NCBI GenBank assembly: GCA_964016885.1
Contig: OZ024742.1
Coordinates: 238,762,001-238,826,000, forward strand
Origin: Eledone cirrhosa
Taxonomy: Eukaryota
Length of the DNA stretch: 64,000 nucleotides
Reading direction: 5' to 3'
Part shown: positions 41,401 through 51,002 of the stretch, piece by piece
How the letters are laid out: each line of letters opens with the position of its first letter
Position numbering within the stretch: position 1 is the first letter of the stretch
Made by a program: the position numbers and the translations under genes
Notes under the pieces: generated by a model
What the model was told of the DNA's origin: nothing
The model's database searches: none
What the model saw: the letters and a program-made list of their open reading frames with translations, nothing else

Positions 41401-44400
41401 GTCTTTTCTGCTATAGTTTCAAGTCAATCAAATCTTTATGAGTGGAATTTGACCGGTAGAAACTGTGTAGAACCTCTACTTTTCTATGAATAATTTTATT
41501 CATTTGCATTCAGTGAAATCAGTCAACTAAAATTGTAAATTAATAAAATAATTGTTTCTACATTTGGCACAAGGCCAGCAATTATCCAGTACATTACTGG
41601 TACTTTATTTTATCGACCCCGTAAGGATGAAAGGCAAAGTTAACCTCGGCGGGATTTGAACTCAGATCGTAAAGGGACGTAACTATGCTGGAAAGCATGG
41701 CGTCCGACTCTCTACCTATACTGCCAATCCACCGCCCTAACAAAATAATATAAGTAAATATATTAAAAATTATAAAATCTGTGCTTTAAAAGAAAAATAA
41801 TAAAAACAAAAGCTCACCTTTTCTGCTCCAGAAAAATCTCCAGCAATTTCCATATTGGTGCAGTTTTCCTTCATTTTAATTATGCGAGATCCCATGTTTG
41901 TGTATGAAACTGAACACTCTCCTGATATGTCAAGCTGATATATAAAAATAAGTTATTAGTTATGGATAAAAAAAAAAATAAGTGGAAAAATACTAAGAAT
42001 TTATCATCATGCTGGCATGGCTGGACTGGATTTCTTGAGGCAATGTTTTACAGTGGATGCCCTTCCTGACAGCCACCCTTTTAGTTGCTTCTTACAACAT
42101 GCAGCAATATGGTGTACCTATTCTAAACCGAAAAGTAGCTGTCTGAGAATTGTAAACAATTTGACAGAAAGACCAATATTGGGAAAAATAGTAAATTTCT
42201 TCTTTGTCCACTTATTTTGGAGAGGGTTGTGGGTGTCAGAATCCTCAAACACTCCTTCCAGTGGGTCATATCAACAGTAACCGTCTCCAACTGATCCAGC
42301 TGGATCCCCAAGTGAAATCAGTCAAGTTCATGGATGTTATCCAACCATCTTGTTTGGGGTCTATCCTTGGGGCTCCTGCCACTTGGTTTTGCCTGTAAAA
42401 TCTGTCCAGTGATTCTTTCCTGATACATTCTAACTACATGCCCATAGTATCAGAGCTGTGATCTCACAATTCAAAGATGTAGTGGCTCTACCTGGAGTGA
42501 CTCTCTGCTCTTTGAGCTATGCAATCTATCAAGTAATGATACTCCAAAGTACCTTTGGAGAAACCCCATTTCAGTCGCTTGTATTTGCGATCATATTCTT
42601 TTGGTCATTACCCAAGATTCATGGCCATAGGCAAGTGTTGCCACGAATACCGAATTGAAGATAGCGAGTTTGGCTGTTATACCTACCTCCCTTCTTCTGA
42701 TTACTGGATGCTGGCGTATTATTGCATCAGCTCCTGCAATTCTTGCACTTAGTTCAACCTCCTGCCTGCCATCACTCATGAACACAGCCCCGAGATACTT
42801 GAACTTCATCTGCTTCAGTGGAACTCCTTTTACATGTATAGTGCACTGTGCAGGCTTCCTCGAGAGGATGAGCGTCTCAGTTTTTGTAACACTGATTTTC
42901 ATTCCAGCCATACAACACACGGCATCAAACCTATCGAGTGCAAGTCAGAGATCACCTTCTGTCGAGTTAAGTAACACCATGTAGTCTGCAAATTCCAGTC
43001 GACTGATTTTACATCCATCAGTCGTGATACCACTTCCAACTCGGTTGTGCATGTCACATCTTGTTCATGTACATAATGAACAGGAGGTCTACAAAACAAG
43101 AATATACTTCTCGAAGACCTGCTGCAGTGAGAATATTTGGTTGGCTGTGCTGCATCTGAGATGAAAACTGCACTGTTCATCAGCTATCTTGGACTCGACA
43201 ATCTCCCTGCATCTCTTTGCCAGACACTTAGCATAGACCTTACTAGGGAGGCTTAACAAGGAGATCCCTCTGTAATTGAAGCAATCTCTCATGTCTCTCT
43301 TTTAAAAAAATGGGATTATCACTCCTGATTGCCATCATTAGGTACCTCTCCAGAGATCCAAGCCACCTAGCACACACGAGTCAGCTAGAGAATACCTTCT
43401 CTATTTAATGCTTTTAACATCTCAGGGCAAATTTCATCTTCCCCAGTAACTTTGCCACATTTGAGCTTTTTAACTGCTTCAGCAGTTAAATGCTGTGGGC
43501 AAAAGAGGCTTCGTGGTGTGCCAGATTGCAGCAGGACCCCTTGGTTGAATCATGAGGTCAAAGATGCCTTCCAAGCAAAGAAGGAGGCCTACAAAGCTTG
43601 GCTTGGAAATAGGTCCTCCTTCTTGCACTTGCAGTACAAGCAGGCACAATGAATTGCAGCAGAGACAGTAAAGGCATCCAAAGTTAAGACATTTGAGAAC
43701 TCTGAGGTTAAGCTGGAATCCGACTTCGTAATAAGTGCTCCTCCACACCTGCTATCAGAAACCTGTCTGGGGTTCTCTCTTCAGAGAGGTGCATTCTTGT
43801 GAGGTGGAGAGAATAGTGTGCTGATCTCCTAAACCAGATCACAACAGCATCTTCTGATGTACACGAGATGCATCTGGGAGTGGTGATTAATCTGTCGGCG
43901 GGTGAGGTCACAAGAGCAGTTAAAGACCTGAAATAGTAGATTTGTCAAATACATTTTAACCCTTTAATACCAACCTGCCCCAAATCACACTATGACATAA
44001 AACTGTTCATTTTAAAATGCTTATATTTAAACTTAAACTATCCATAATAAATTTTATTTTTGAATATTTTGTTAAGGTATATTCCAAACACGAGCTTACC
44101 AACATTTTCTGATGGTTTTCTTTTTTTAATTAATTTGAAAGTGTAGGCAGAAAAATGGTAATGAGAGGGTTAAATAGCTTGATCAGCTTAATACATAGTT
44201 TCCAAAAGCCTATTAAAAATAGTACAGTAATATTACTAACACAAAGACAAGGTCTTAAATTCTGGAGAAGAATATAGTCCATTAAGATTAATCCCCAGTT
44301 CCTGATTGGCACTTATTTTATTGCTCAAGGAAGAATGGTAAAGTTAGTTGACCTTGGAGCATTAGTAAAGAAATATAACTAAATACCACAAGGCATTTTG

Positions 44401-47400
44401 TTCATCACTCTACCGATTCTATTATCTTTACAATAAAGGGGGTGTTTCAGTTGAGTAAATGACTGACAATCTCTCTAGTTCTGGTGTTACAAAAAATGCA
44501 CCCTGTATATTCTCTAAGGTTTTTGGTGATAGGAAAGATGTCCTACTGTATAAACCACGCAAAAAAAGGGTCAAGGGGCCTCTTCAGTTGTGTCAAGAAC
44601 ACAACAACCTTTCTAGTGTTGGTGATCTACATGATAAATGTACTCAGTACACAGTGTAAAGTGGTTGGAAGGGCATCCTGCCATAGAAAACCTGTCAAAC
44701 AAAGGATTGGGAAAACTCTCCAGTCGTGTCCAAGTCATGACAACATTCCTAGTGTAGGTGCCATGATAAAATGTACTTAGTAGAGCACAGAACCATGAGA
44801 GAAGCAGACTCCTGGCCAATCAGAGAAGTCAGTAACTCTGCTTCAATAATGACTTGGTCTGTGATGGCTCATTCCACCCTTCCTAGGAAGGAAAACAGAT
44901 GTCATGATAGTAATGTTAAATTACCTGTTGGAATTTAAAGAGTTATTCAATTTTAGAATTAAAAATTTTACTTATGAGATGGTTAACATTTATAAGGACT
45001 TATGATATTTAGGAATAGAAAAAACTTTTGAAAAAATGATGAAAATTTTAATGGACATACTTCTTTTGATGGTTGCTCAGATGTCTTCAACTGGAATAAA
45101 TTAATAACACCTTTTTTAAAGTTGGTTGAAAATATGGAATCAGTTGCAGCCATATATATACTACCCACTTCTCCATTTTCGTGTATTTCAAAGAATATGG
45201 GGAACTTCTGGAGTTGTTGAATATATTTAGGAAGAGAATTTGAAGCATCTTTATCATATTTGAGGACCTAGAAAGGAATATTTTTACAAAAATAGTGAAT
45301 ATCTGTATTATTTATAGAAAATAGTGAATTATCTTAAATATTAATAGTTTTAATGTTTCTACTTTGATTCATTATAAATACCACTATGGTTTTATATCAG
45401 TGGCTGGCAAAGGGATAGTCAGTAAGCTATCTTAATTTAACCCTTTTGATACCAATTTGTCTGAAAAACCACCCTTGACTCTCCTATACAGAACTGTTTT
45501 CTTTAAAGTGTTCATATCTATCTAAAAATCTTCCACCATAATTTTATGTAGGAACCTTTGTTAAGTTATGCTCCAAACACAAGCTTAATAACCTTTTCTA
45601 ACATTTGGGGGATGAGGAACATCAACTATATCGATACCAGTACTTAACTGGTACTTTATTTTACCAACTTCGGAAATCTAAAGGGCAAAATTATCCTTGG
45701 TGGGAATTGAACTCAGAACATAGAAAGTTGTAACTAAATATTACAAAGCAGTTTGTCTACCAATACTGCCAATTCATTGCCCTAACACCAACTTAATAAT
45801 GAAAAAGTTAGTTATGTGACAAAATCTCTTCAAATACTTGATTATTTTCAAAATTATTTGAAAATGTATAGGCAGTGTCTTTCATTAGCAAAATAGTAAC
45901 GAAAGGATTAAACTTGTAATAACTTTATAGAGATATAAAATTAATATATATTAACTTAAAATTATTTTTTAGTGCACTACTTCTCTGCCAGATATTGAAC
46001 ACGCATGTAAATATACCTTATTGGTGCAACCCTTGTTAGCAGTAAAAAAGGACATTAAACAATGATGATGATGCTAAGTCAACTATTTCATCAATCAATC
46101 AATACAGTAACAATCCAATTAATTTTATTTCAGCTTTCATTCAGCTATCATTTTATTTCATATATACCAACTAATCTTCTTGATTAATTTGTGATTTAAC
46201 CCTTTCAATACTAAACTGCCTGAAACTGCCCTGGTTTCATTATACAAAATCCTCATTTAAAAATGTCCATACTTATATTAAACCCTTCCATTATAATTTT
46301 ATTTAAGAAATTTTTGTAAAGTAATGTTTCAAACATAAACTTATAAATGAAAAAGTTAGATATTTTCAAAATCAATTAAAACACATTGGCAGTTCATTAG
46401 AAATATGGTAACAAAAAACTTAAAAGATTTTAAATTATATTTATAGGAAATTAAATGTAAACTACTTGCAAGATGTAGTTCAGAATTTTAAGGGATAGTG
46501 TAGATGGTATATAAAAGCTTCATAAGTGTTTTGAGCTGGCAAAGCCTAGACCTGAATGTCAATTGCATGGCAGGCAGGAGGATCAGTGAACCAAGGATGA
46601 GAACATCTTCCTTCAGAATCACCTGCACCTGGTGGTGTATTGATTGCATCACAGAGAGAGGCCATGAAGTCTTCTGAGTTGTAATTAATGTTCATGACTT
46701 CCAACTTATGAGTTGATCTCAAGGCTGATCCTCACCAGAATGAGAACTCCCAAGCTGAGACTGTGGCAGAGTCTCCACAGGCTTTCCTATTGTTGCATCA
46801 TCCAGAGTTTGGAAAGCAAGATTAATGATGAGCATCTTCATCTTCATGATTTATTAAATGCGTAATGTTAGCCTGCCTGAAAAACTATTCAGTGGGAGAA
46901 GACGAAGGAATATGGGAAGAAGTGTCAGTTCACATTTCAGAACACTATGTCTCACAGAAGAGAAGACAAAAGACTAAATGAAGTAGTGATTTAGTTTATG
47001 AAAGACCAAGCCAATATATGTTAGTATGGAAAAAAACAGCCATTAAAATATTGAAAAGGTGGAGAGGAGAAGAGGATAAGTAGGATTGGAAAGAAGACCT
47101 AAATATTTTTGTGAAAGAAGGTCATAAACAAAAGTCAAAATTGGTGTCAGCGACTTGTGATTATATATTACTGAAACATGCTAGCGAGGCTTGAGATTAG
47201 TATAAATAAAGGCACATGAAAAAAAAGTAAAAAAGTAAAGTTAAAAAACTACTATAATCTGTATGAATGCATTAAACACTGATTAATAGAAAGATTAATA
47301 GGTACAAAGGTAACAAGTATTACATAATTCAATTGAGAAAATAGTTTAATATCACGTGTTGTACTTGGCTTTGTTTTCTAAATTAGAAGATATTTTCTAG

Positions 47401-47872
47401 ATCGCTACCTGTATGGCATGGGGGGGGGGTCATTCTCTGGTGTGCGGGAACCTATGTGCGGGAACCCATGTGCAGGAACCCTAGCAGACAAAATGGAGAA
47501 AGTGTTGCCCCAGAGGATGATGAGGGAGATGCATAGGAATAGCCATTCCAACTCCTGAAGTTCACTCCTGCGAGTGGCCAACTTCACTCTGATAGTAGTG
47601 AATAAGGAGGTGGTCTGGGGAGCAAGAACGCGGGAAGTCTTCCCTGCTACAGATTTCATCACATACTTATCAGTTTAAAATACAAATAGTGGGTTAACGA
47701 ACCTGTAACTTGATGAACTTTCTTGGTCCAAGTTGATATAATGGAGTAATGACAATGTTTGCTGAGATGGGTTTGTCTTCTGTTGAAGTTTTTTGATTGG
47801 CTTCATTGACTGAAACTGAAGTTTCATATTGATACTGGTAAGAAATACCTACTTGAAATCCTGCTGTAAGAT
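629..47872 (-). CDS. MTTP: Microsomal triglyceride transfer protein large subunit, spliced gene, 16 coding exons in window (partial at both ends)
   Basis: Manually spliced exons have canonical AG/GT sites and compatible phases. Peptides match recalled MTP motifs: [74 protein letters not shown]. Confidence 0.93.
1515..1669 (-). CDS. MTTP: MTP exon [31 protein letters not shown]
   Basis: ttgtag|GGT..AG|gtaagt, 155 nt, phase 0/2. Confidence 0.93.
2709..2900 (-). CDS. MTTP: MTP exon [34 protein letters not shown]
   Basis: atgcag|TTC..CAG|gtgatg, 192 nt, phase 0/0; the most diagnostic MTP motif. Confidence 0.95.
3165..3615 (-). mobile_element. Old RTE RT fragment
   Basis: [29 protein letters not shown]. 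Confidence 0.8.
3736..3857 (-). CDS. MTTP: MTP exon [25 protein letters not shown]
   Basis: ttacag|CC..TCT|gttagt, 122 nt, phase 1/0; follows a 14.5-kb TE-filled intron. Confidence 0.9.
4750..8741 (+). mobile_element. Near full-length RTE-clade LINE (APE endonuclease + RT with PHD insert), one frameshifting deletion at ~5698
   Basis: EN motifs [32 protein letters not shown] motifs [25 protein letters not shown] (7416-7427), FRYLG. Stop at 8372, 3' UTR ends in (GAT)n. 5' boundary approximate. Confidence 0.92.
8742..9580. repeat. Compound (TA)n/(TACA)n/(TAA)n/(CA)n microsatellites
   Basis: Seen directly. Confidence 0.95.
9128..10920 (-). mobile_element. 5'-truncated RTE LINE of a second family with three C-terminal C2H2 fingers
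   Basis: ORF 9593-10909 with LLYADD, FVYLGS, RLRWSGH and 3x C-x2-C-x12-H-x3/4-H. RTE-type terminal hairpin (ggccatactcgataacgaggggcagcc) at 9128-9170, beyond microsatellites. Confidence 0.9.
11135..12285. repeat. (TA)n/(TACA)n microsatellite tract
   Basis: Seen directly. Similar tracts at 4217-4750, 12953-13967, 14317-14648, 54435-54790, 56768-57070, 58906-59415 and 63837-64000. Confidence 0.97.
12286..12952 (+). mobile_element. 5'-truncated RTE LINE (PHD family) 3' end
   Basis: Nearly identical to 8101-8741; (GAT)n tail; embedded in (TA/TACA)n. Confidence 0.92.
13968..14316 (+). mobile_element. tRNA-derived SINE with CORE-like centre and RTE-derived tail
   Basis: A-box tggcttagtgg, B-box gagttcaattc, ccttgagcaagacactt core, tail shared with RTE 3' UTR at 55900-56158, (GAT)n end. 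Confidence 0.85.
15130..15797 (+). mobile_element. Penelope-like element remnant (GIY-YIG endonuclease, Naiad/Chlamys-like)
   Basis: [34 protein letters not shown], frameshift ~15588, then YIGAT..F..H..SF..W..CDLC. Confidence 0.8.
16312..16658 (+). mobile_element. Second copy of the CORE-like/RTE-tail SINE
   Basis: Nearly identical to 13968-14316; possible short TSD ataatta. Confidence 0.85.
17262..18110 (+). mobile_element. Degenerate RTE endonuclease fragment
   Basis: [35 protein letters not shown]; stops and frameshifts. Confidence 0.8.
18327..18424 (-). CDS. MTTP: MTP exon [27 protein letters not shown]
   Basis: taacag|A..G|gtaaga, 98 nt, phase 2/1. Confidence 0.92.
18687..18860 (+). 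mobile_element. tRNA-derived SINE, family B
   Basis: B-box gagttcaaattc followed by ttaactttgcctttcatcctt..gataaaata core; related copies at ~2075-2270 and ~27497-27680. Confidence 0.75.
19527..19646 (-). mobile_element. 5'-truncated SINE family B with 16-bp TSD
   Basis: Perfect direct repeat gtgttaagaaaataat at 19511-19526 and 19647-19662. Confidence 0.88.
20461..20669 (-). CDS. MTTP: MTP exon [23 protein letters not shown]
   Basis: ttttag|GCT..AG|gtaaga, 209 nt, phase 0/2. Confidence 0.92.
20757..23046 (-). mobile_element. Degenerate RTE LINE (PHD family) with internal deletions and a nested tail insertion at ~21314-21500
   Basis: Fragments [37 protein letters not shown]; (GAT)n tail at 20757-20780. 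Confidence 0.85.
23454..23669 (-). CDS. MTTP: MTP exon [22 protein letters not shown]
   Basis: ttttag|ATT..GAG|gtttgt, 216 nt, phase 0/0. Confidence 0.92.
23878..24650 (+). mobile_element. Mariner (Tc1/mariner) transposon remnant
   Basis: Degenerate N-terminal HTH from ~24083 (EQ.SCIKF.QKL.DTQVETI..IQQAF..RFKDG.TS) and [10 protein letters not shown] near 24615. Confidence 0.7.
25025..25173 (-). mobile_element. Truncated SINE family B with fold-back 5' end
   Basis: Matches 19527-19646, followed by an inverted copy of its terminal 24 nt. Confidence 0.8.
26181..26657. repeat. 48-bp minisatellite, 10 units
   Basis: Unit tgtggcaagcatgatttcctttgatgatatt(g/a)ccttctatcagatgca. Confidence 0.95.
27138..27248 (-). 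CDS. MTTP: MTP exon [26 protein letters not shown]
   Basis: ttccag|GCA..AAT|gtaagt, 111 nt, phase 0/0. Confidence 0.9.
27374..27472. repeat. Short tandem repeat aaaaaacaagaatttgaagg x4
   Basis: Seen directly. Confidence 0.85.
28618..28783 (-). CDS. MTTP: MTP exon [28 protein letters not shown]
   Basis: tcttag|G..ATG|gtaata, 166 nt, phase 2/0. Confidence 0.92.
29104..30144 (+). mobile_element. 5'-truncated RTE LINE (PHD family)
   Basis: ORF 29078-29788 nearly identical to the C-terminus of 5715-8372; same 3' UTR; (GAT)n tail. Confidence 0.92.
30197..31176 (+). mobile_element. Possible non-autonomous Helitron/Helentron-like element with nested SINE
   Basis: Starts actag with subterminal hairpin gtgaccc-gtt-gggtcac, internal microsatellites, ends ttttagtagtacatagat. 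Confidence 0.4.
30341..30718 (-). mobile_element. CORE-like SINE lacking its head, with long RTE tail
   Basis: Core ccttgaacaagacactt; tail collinear with 55895-56158. Confidence 0.82.
31544..31745. mobile_element. TTAA-flanked MITE (piggyBac-like termini)
   Basis: ttaa|cccttttg...caaaggag|ttaa. Confidence 0.55.
31781..31941 (-). CDS. MTTP: MTP exon [26 protein letters not shown]
   Basis: cctcag|CCA..GT|gtaag, 161 nt, phase 0/2. Confidence 0.9.
32944..33151. mobile_element. TTAA-type MITE
   Basis: TIRs ccctttagcattta / taaatggtaaaggg; left flank ttaa, right flank ttat. Confidence 0.6.
33165..33241 (-). CDS. MTTP: MTP exon [25 protein letters not shown]
   Basis: ttgcag|AG..TCA|gtaagt, 77 nt, phase 1/0; restores frame between its neighbours and carries a C-x3-C motif. 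Confidence 0.85.
34278..34366 (-). CDS. MTTP: MTP exon [14 protein letters not shown]
   Basis: tatag|C..A|gtgagt, 89 nt, phase 2/1. Confidence 0.85.
34436..34606 (-). mobile_element. SINE family B
   Basis: Collinear with 41550-41736. Confidence 0.8.
36951..39520 (+). mobile_element. Degenerate RTE (Expander-like) LINE with inverted 5' segment and 12-bp TSD
   Basis: TSD aacttagcagtt (36939-36950 and 39521-39532). 36951-~37500 is minus-strand 5'UTR/EN start (LTVRTWN); the rest is plus-strand EN end/RT ([20 protein letters not shown]). Confidence 0.85.
39724..39863 (-). CDS. MTTP: MTP exon [20 protein letters not shown]
   Basis: ttgcag|TTG..TT|gtgagt, 140 nt, phase 0/2. Confidence 0.9.
41550..41736 (-). 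mobile_element. Full-length tRNA-derived SINE family B
   Basis: Minus-strand head ggcggtggattggcagtataggtag, B-box gagttcaaatccc, core gcctttcatccttacggggtcgataaaat. Confidence 0.85.
41818..41934 (-). CDS. MTTP: MTP exon [17 protein letters not shown]
   Basis: tatcag|CTT..AAG|gtgagc, 117 nt, phase 0/0. Confidence 0.92.
42199..43930 (-). mobile_element. Degenerate RTE (Expander-like) LINE with 5' inversion and 13-bp TSD
   Basis: TSD aaatagta(a/g)attt at 42186-42198 and 43931-43943; 42199-~43475 minus, ~43475-43930 plus. Confidence 0.85.
43960..44169. mobile_element. TTAA-flanked MITE
   Basis: ttaa|ccctttaatacc...ggtaatgagaggg|ttaa. Confidence 0.65.
45061..45267 (-). CDS. MTTP: MTP exon [27 protein letters not shown]
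   Basis: ttctag|GTC..GAA|gtatgt, 207 nt, phase 0/0. Confidence 0.9.
45441..45907. mobile_element. TTAA-flanked MITE with nested SINE B (~45590-45782, minus)
   Basis: ttaa|cccttttgatacc...gtaacgaaagga|ttaa; related copy ~46201-46419. Confidence 0.6.
47490..47660 (-). mobile_element. 3' remnant of an RLE-type (CRE-like) non-LTR retrotransposon
   Basis: [39 protein letters not shown] resembles the recalled ET.GV.GP..WL.QRIS.AI.RGNA.SIL C-terminus. Confidence 0.55.
47703..47872 (-). CDS. MTTP: MTP exon (most 5' one found): ..[27 protein letters not shown]
   Basis: Donor CAG|gttcgt. Three possible phase-1 acceptors (exon start 47872, 47863 or 47860). Y-x-Y-x-Y-x-T start typical of the lipid-transport beta-barrel. 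Confidence 0.8.
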
Positions 47873-48849
47873 CTATAAAATAAAACAAGTGTTATTTAAA
47901 ATATTGTAATTGAAAAACAAAATATGTATTTTTAACTTAATAATTTTGGTACAGAAACAACAATTTTATATCCATTTTTACCTGGTCCTTGTCCAACCCA
48001 TGCCAGCATGGAAAATCAGGTGTGCCTCACAGTTAACCACCAGGCACCATTCTCTCCAAAACCACCTCTATGACCTGATGCTTCCTCTCCCATGATGGTA
48101 TGACCCCTCACCTCCACCCTCTCCCATTAATGTTTCCCCAGTTCTGGTGCCATAATAAAAATGCACCCAATCCACATTGTAAGGTGATAGGGCTAGTACC
48201 ATGACCAAAAGCACTCAGTATACCCTGTAAGGTGGTAGGGCTAGAGGCACGATAAAATGCTCCCAGTACATGCTATAAAGTGGTAGGCATTAAGATGAGC
48301 ATCCAGTTGTAGAAACTAGCCCAAAACAGAGCATACAAGCAAGACATTGACATTTGAACATTTTATATGAGAACCCATCTAACTTATTTAAACATGGAAA
48401 ATAGATGTTAAATGACAATGATTTTAAATGATGACATATGTTGGACAAGTCTATTGTATTCCTTTATAATGATGCACACAAAGAGAAAACATCAGTCACT
48501 TATAAGTTTATTTGTTTTTTATTTTTGTTTGCATGATTTCCTATCACTAACCACAGTATAGCATGGACTAGGAGCATTTTATCAAGCTACTATCACTAAA
48601 GGGTCTGCATAATGGAAGTAATGTGATCCCTCGCCTCTGCACCAGTTTTTATTTGGAGCTGTTAGGAAAATGTAATAGAAACAAACATACAAACCTATAG
48701 TTTTTTTTCCCCAAAATCAAGTCAACTATATTATTTTACCCCATTAATTAGTCCTGAGCGTTTTCAATTCTAAATGAATGTAATAAAGTTGTATTTTTTT
48801 GTCAGTAGTATTGAGCATATGTTTGTAAGTTTAGTGTAAGCTTTGACAT

Positions 48850-49560
48850 TATCATCTTTTTTATGTCTGTTTTTCCACACTTACATGGGTTGGACAGGTC
48901 CTTTCCAGTACAGCATCTCTCCACTTATCAGATTCCTTCATCATCTCCGAGATCAGTTCTCACCACCTCTGCCAAGGTTTTCCTTGGTCTACCTCTACTG
49001 TGGCTTCCCTCTACTGGAATCTTCTGGCACCTCTTCACCCACCGATTATCATCCATATGCATCACATATCCATACCAACGCAGTCTTCTCTCTTGCATAC
49101 CATTTCAGATTCCTCTTAAACCCAGTTTCTCATTCAGTTCAACCAAGCTCTGCTTTTCTCTATGCCTTTCTCCCTAGTCTACACGTCTTCTGCAGTCACT
49201 TCTCATGATTTATTACTATGCAACATTGGACTTGACTCACAGGCTTTATACAGTCAACCTTTTGTATGTAAGGAGAAACCTTTTATTGTCAAAAGTGGGA
49301 GTAGCTCTCAAAACATTTTCCATTCTGCAGTCTCTTCTCGTGATTCACTACCATGCAGCATTGCACTTCGCACACAGGTGTCATACAGTCATCCTTTTGT
49401 ATGTAAGGAGAAACCTTTTGTTGTCAATAGTGGGAGTAGCTCTGTAAATGTCATCTTAACTTTATTCCAGGCATTATTCTCTCAGAGCACCCTCCTCCAC
49501 TGCTAATTAAGTCACCTAGATAGCAGAAGTTACCAACCACTTCTATGGATCCTTCCCCTT
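48850..49560 (-). mobile_element. Old RTE RT/3' fragment with internal duplication
   Basis: Reverse complement matches the RTE C-terminus ([12 protein letters not shown] present twice, RLRWYG, GRPRK). Confidence 0.75.
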
Positions 49561-49719
49561 GATCTCCTCTGTGCATCTTCTTCAATAAAGTCTTCTCTTC
49601 CTGTTATTTTCCAATAAGTTGTTAATTTTGTTGTTTTGTCATTTTTTTTTGTTATGGCCTATGGAATACTCCATTATTGGTTTAGACGGAGTATGTGGAC
49701 GTAAAAACGGTGATGATGA

Positions 49720-50945
49720 TGAATGCCTTAGCATAGTTTTGTCACCCAGTATCGGATGGCACCGCCATGAGGAGGGATAGGCCAGTTGGCTGCACTAAAC
49801 CCATCTCACAGTGTAACCATAGTTTAGGGGCCCGATACTGAATGATGTCGCTCTGAGGAAGGATAGGTGCAGAAGCACAGTATGGGAGCCTGGCTCACAG
49901 CAGAAATACAGTTTTGGAACCGAGCTCTCTTCCATGCAATGACCCTTTCTCAATATGAAACCACAGCACTCTCCACATGATGAGCCCTTCACAAGATCAC
50001 ATTTTACTTCTGGAGCCCCGCACTGGATGAAACTCTCGTGAGCCTGCCATCAACCTTGTTTGCGGTGTAGGGCTGGGTGGCGCCATTTTGATCTGTGCCC
50101 AACGTTTTGGGTGAGTAGGTTGGGCGTAGCTCACCTGGGGCGAGCAAACCTACAGCCTGTCCTCGTTTCTCCATGCTAGCAGGTCCCGTTCCTGAAGAAC
50201 TTGCATGTTACCTGGGTTTTCTTTCTCTCAGTGTCTCAGCGCCTTCTGTTCTGCCATTGGACAGTTGCCCACTGGGCCCTTTCTGCTTGGATGCTTTCCT
50301 TCGGATGGTGATTTCGCATCTCTCCTTTACTGCCTACCTGTTGTTTGCCCAGCCTGCCTTCTTTGACTGTGGAGGCGGCTATCTCATTTGCAGTTGTTTT
50401 CAGATCCTTCTGTGTCTCAGTAGAGCTTTTGTGGTCAGTGTTTATATTTTTAGTTTTTTCTTTTTCTTTTTCTCTGTCTTCTCCCTCCTTGAGGACATGG
50501 CTTAGCAAGGCCATGTATGGCGCTATGAGGGCATAGGCCTTCTCAATTTCTCTCCTTTTCCTCTCTATTTGTGCCAAAGTCCTCAGAAAGCCATGGCTCT
50601 TCAAGGTCTCCACAATTATTTTAGTTGGCGGTGACCCATCAGCCAGGCTCCATCCTTTGATCATCACCTCCAGTTCTATCTTTGTCCAATTTTGTTGGCT
50701 TCTATTTGTATTTCCTCCTTGCATGCAGCCCAATTTGTTGTAGAAGGGAGAGAGGGAAGAGAGAGAGGAAGAGGGGGGAGAAAGTTAAAACGAGAGAGAG
50801 AGGTAGAGACCGTGAAAAGTTCCAGGAGTGAGAGAGAGAGCGTGGGAAATTTAAGAAACATTTGAGAGAGAAAGAGAGAGGTTGAGAGATCCAGAGAGAG
50901 AGAAAGAGAGAAAGGGTCATGCTTAGTGACTGGAACAAACAAGCG
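49720..50945 (-). mobile_element. Probable deleted retroelement with Myb/SANT-like ORF (50236-50733)
   Basis: WTKIELEVMI..W..I.E.LKSHGFLRTLAQIERKRRE trihelix-like pattern; GC-richer island ending at (CAT)n. Confidence 0.4.
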
Positions 50946-51002
50946 TTAATTATAATTATGTGTATATATATGTGTGTGTATATATATGTGTATTTGTGTA
51001 TA

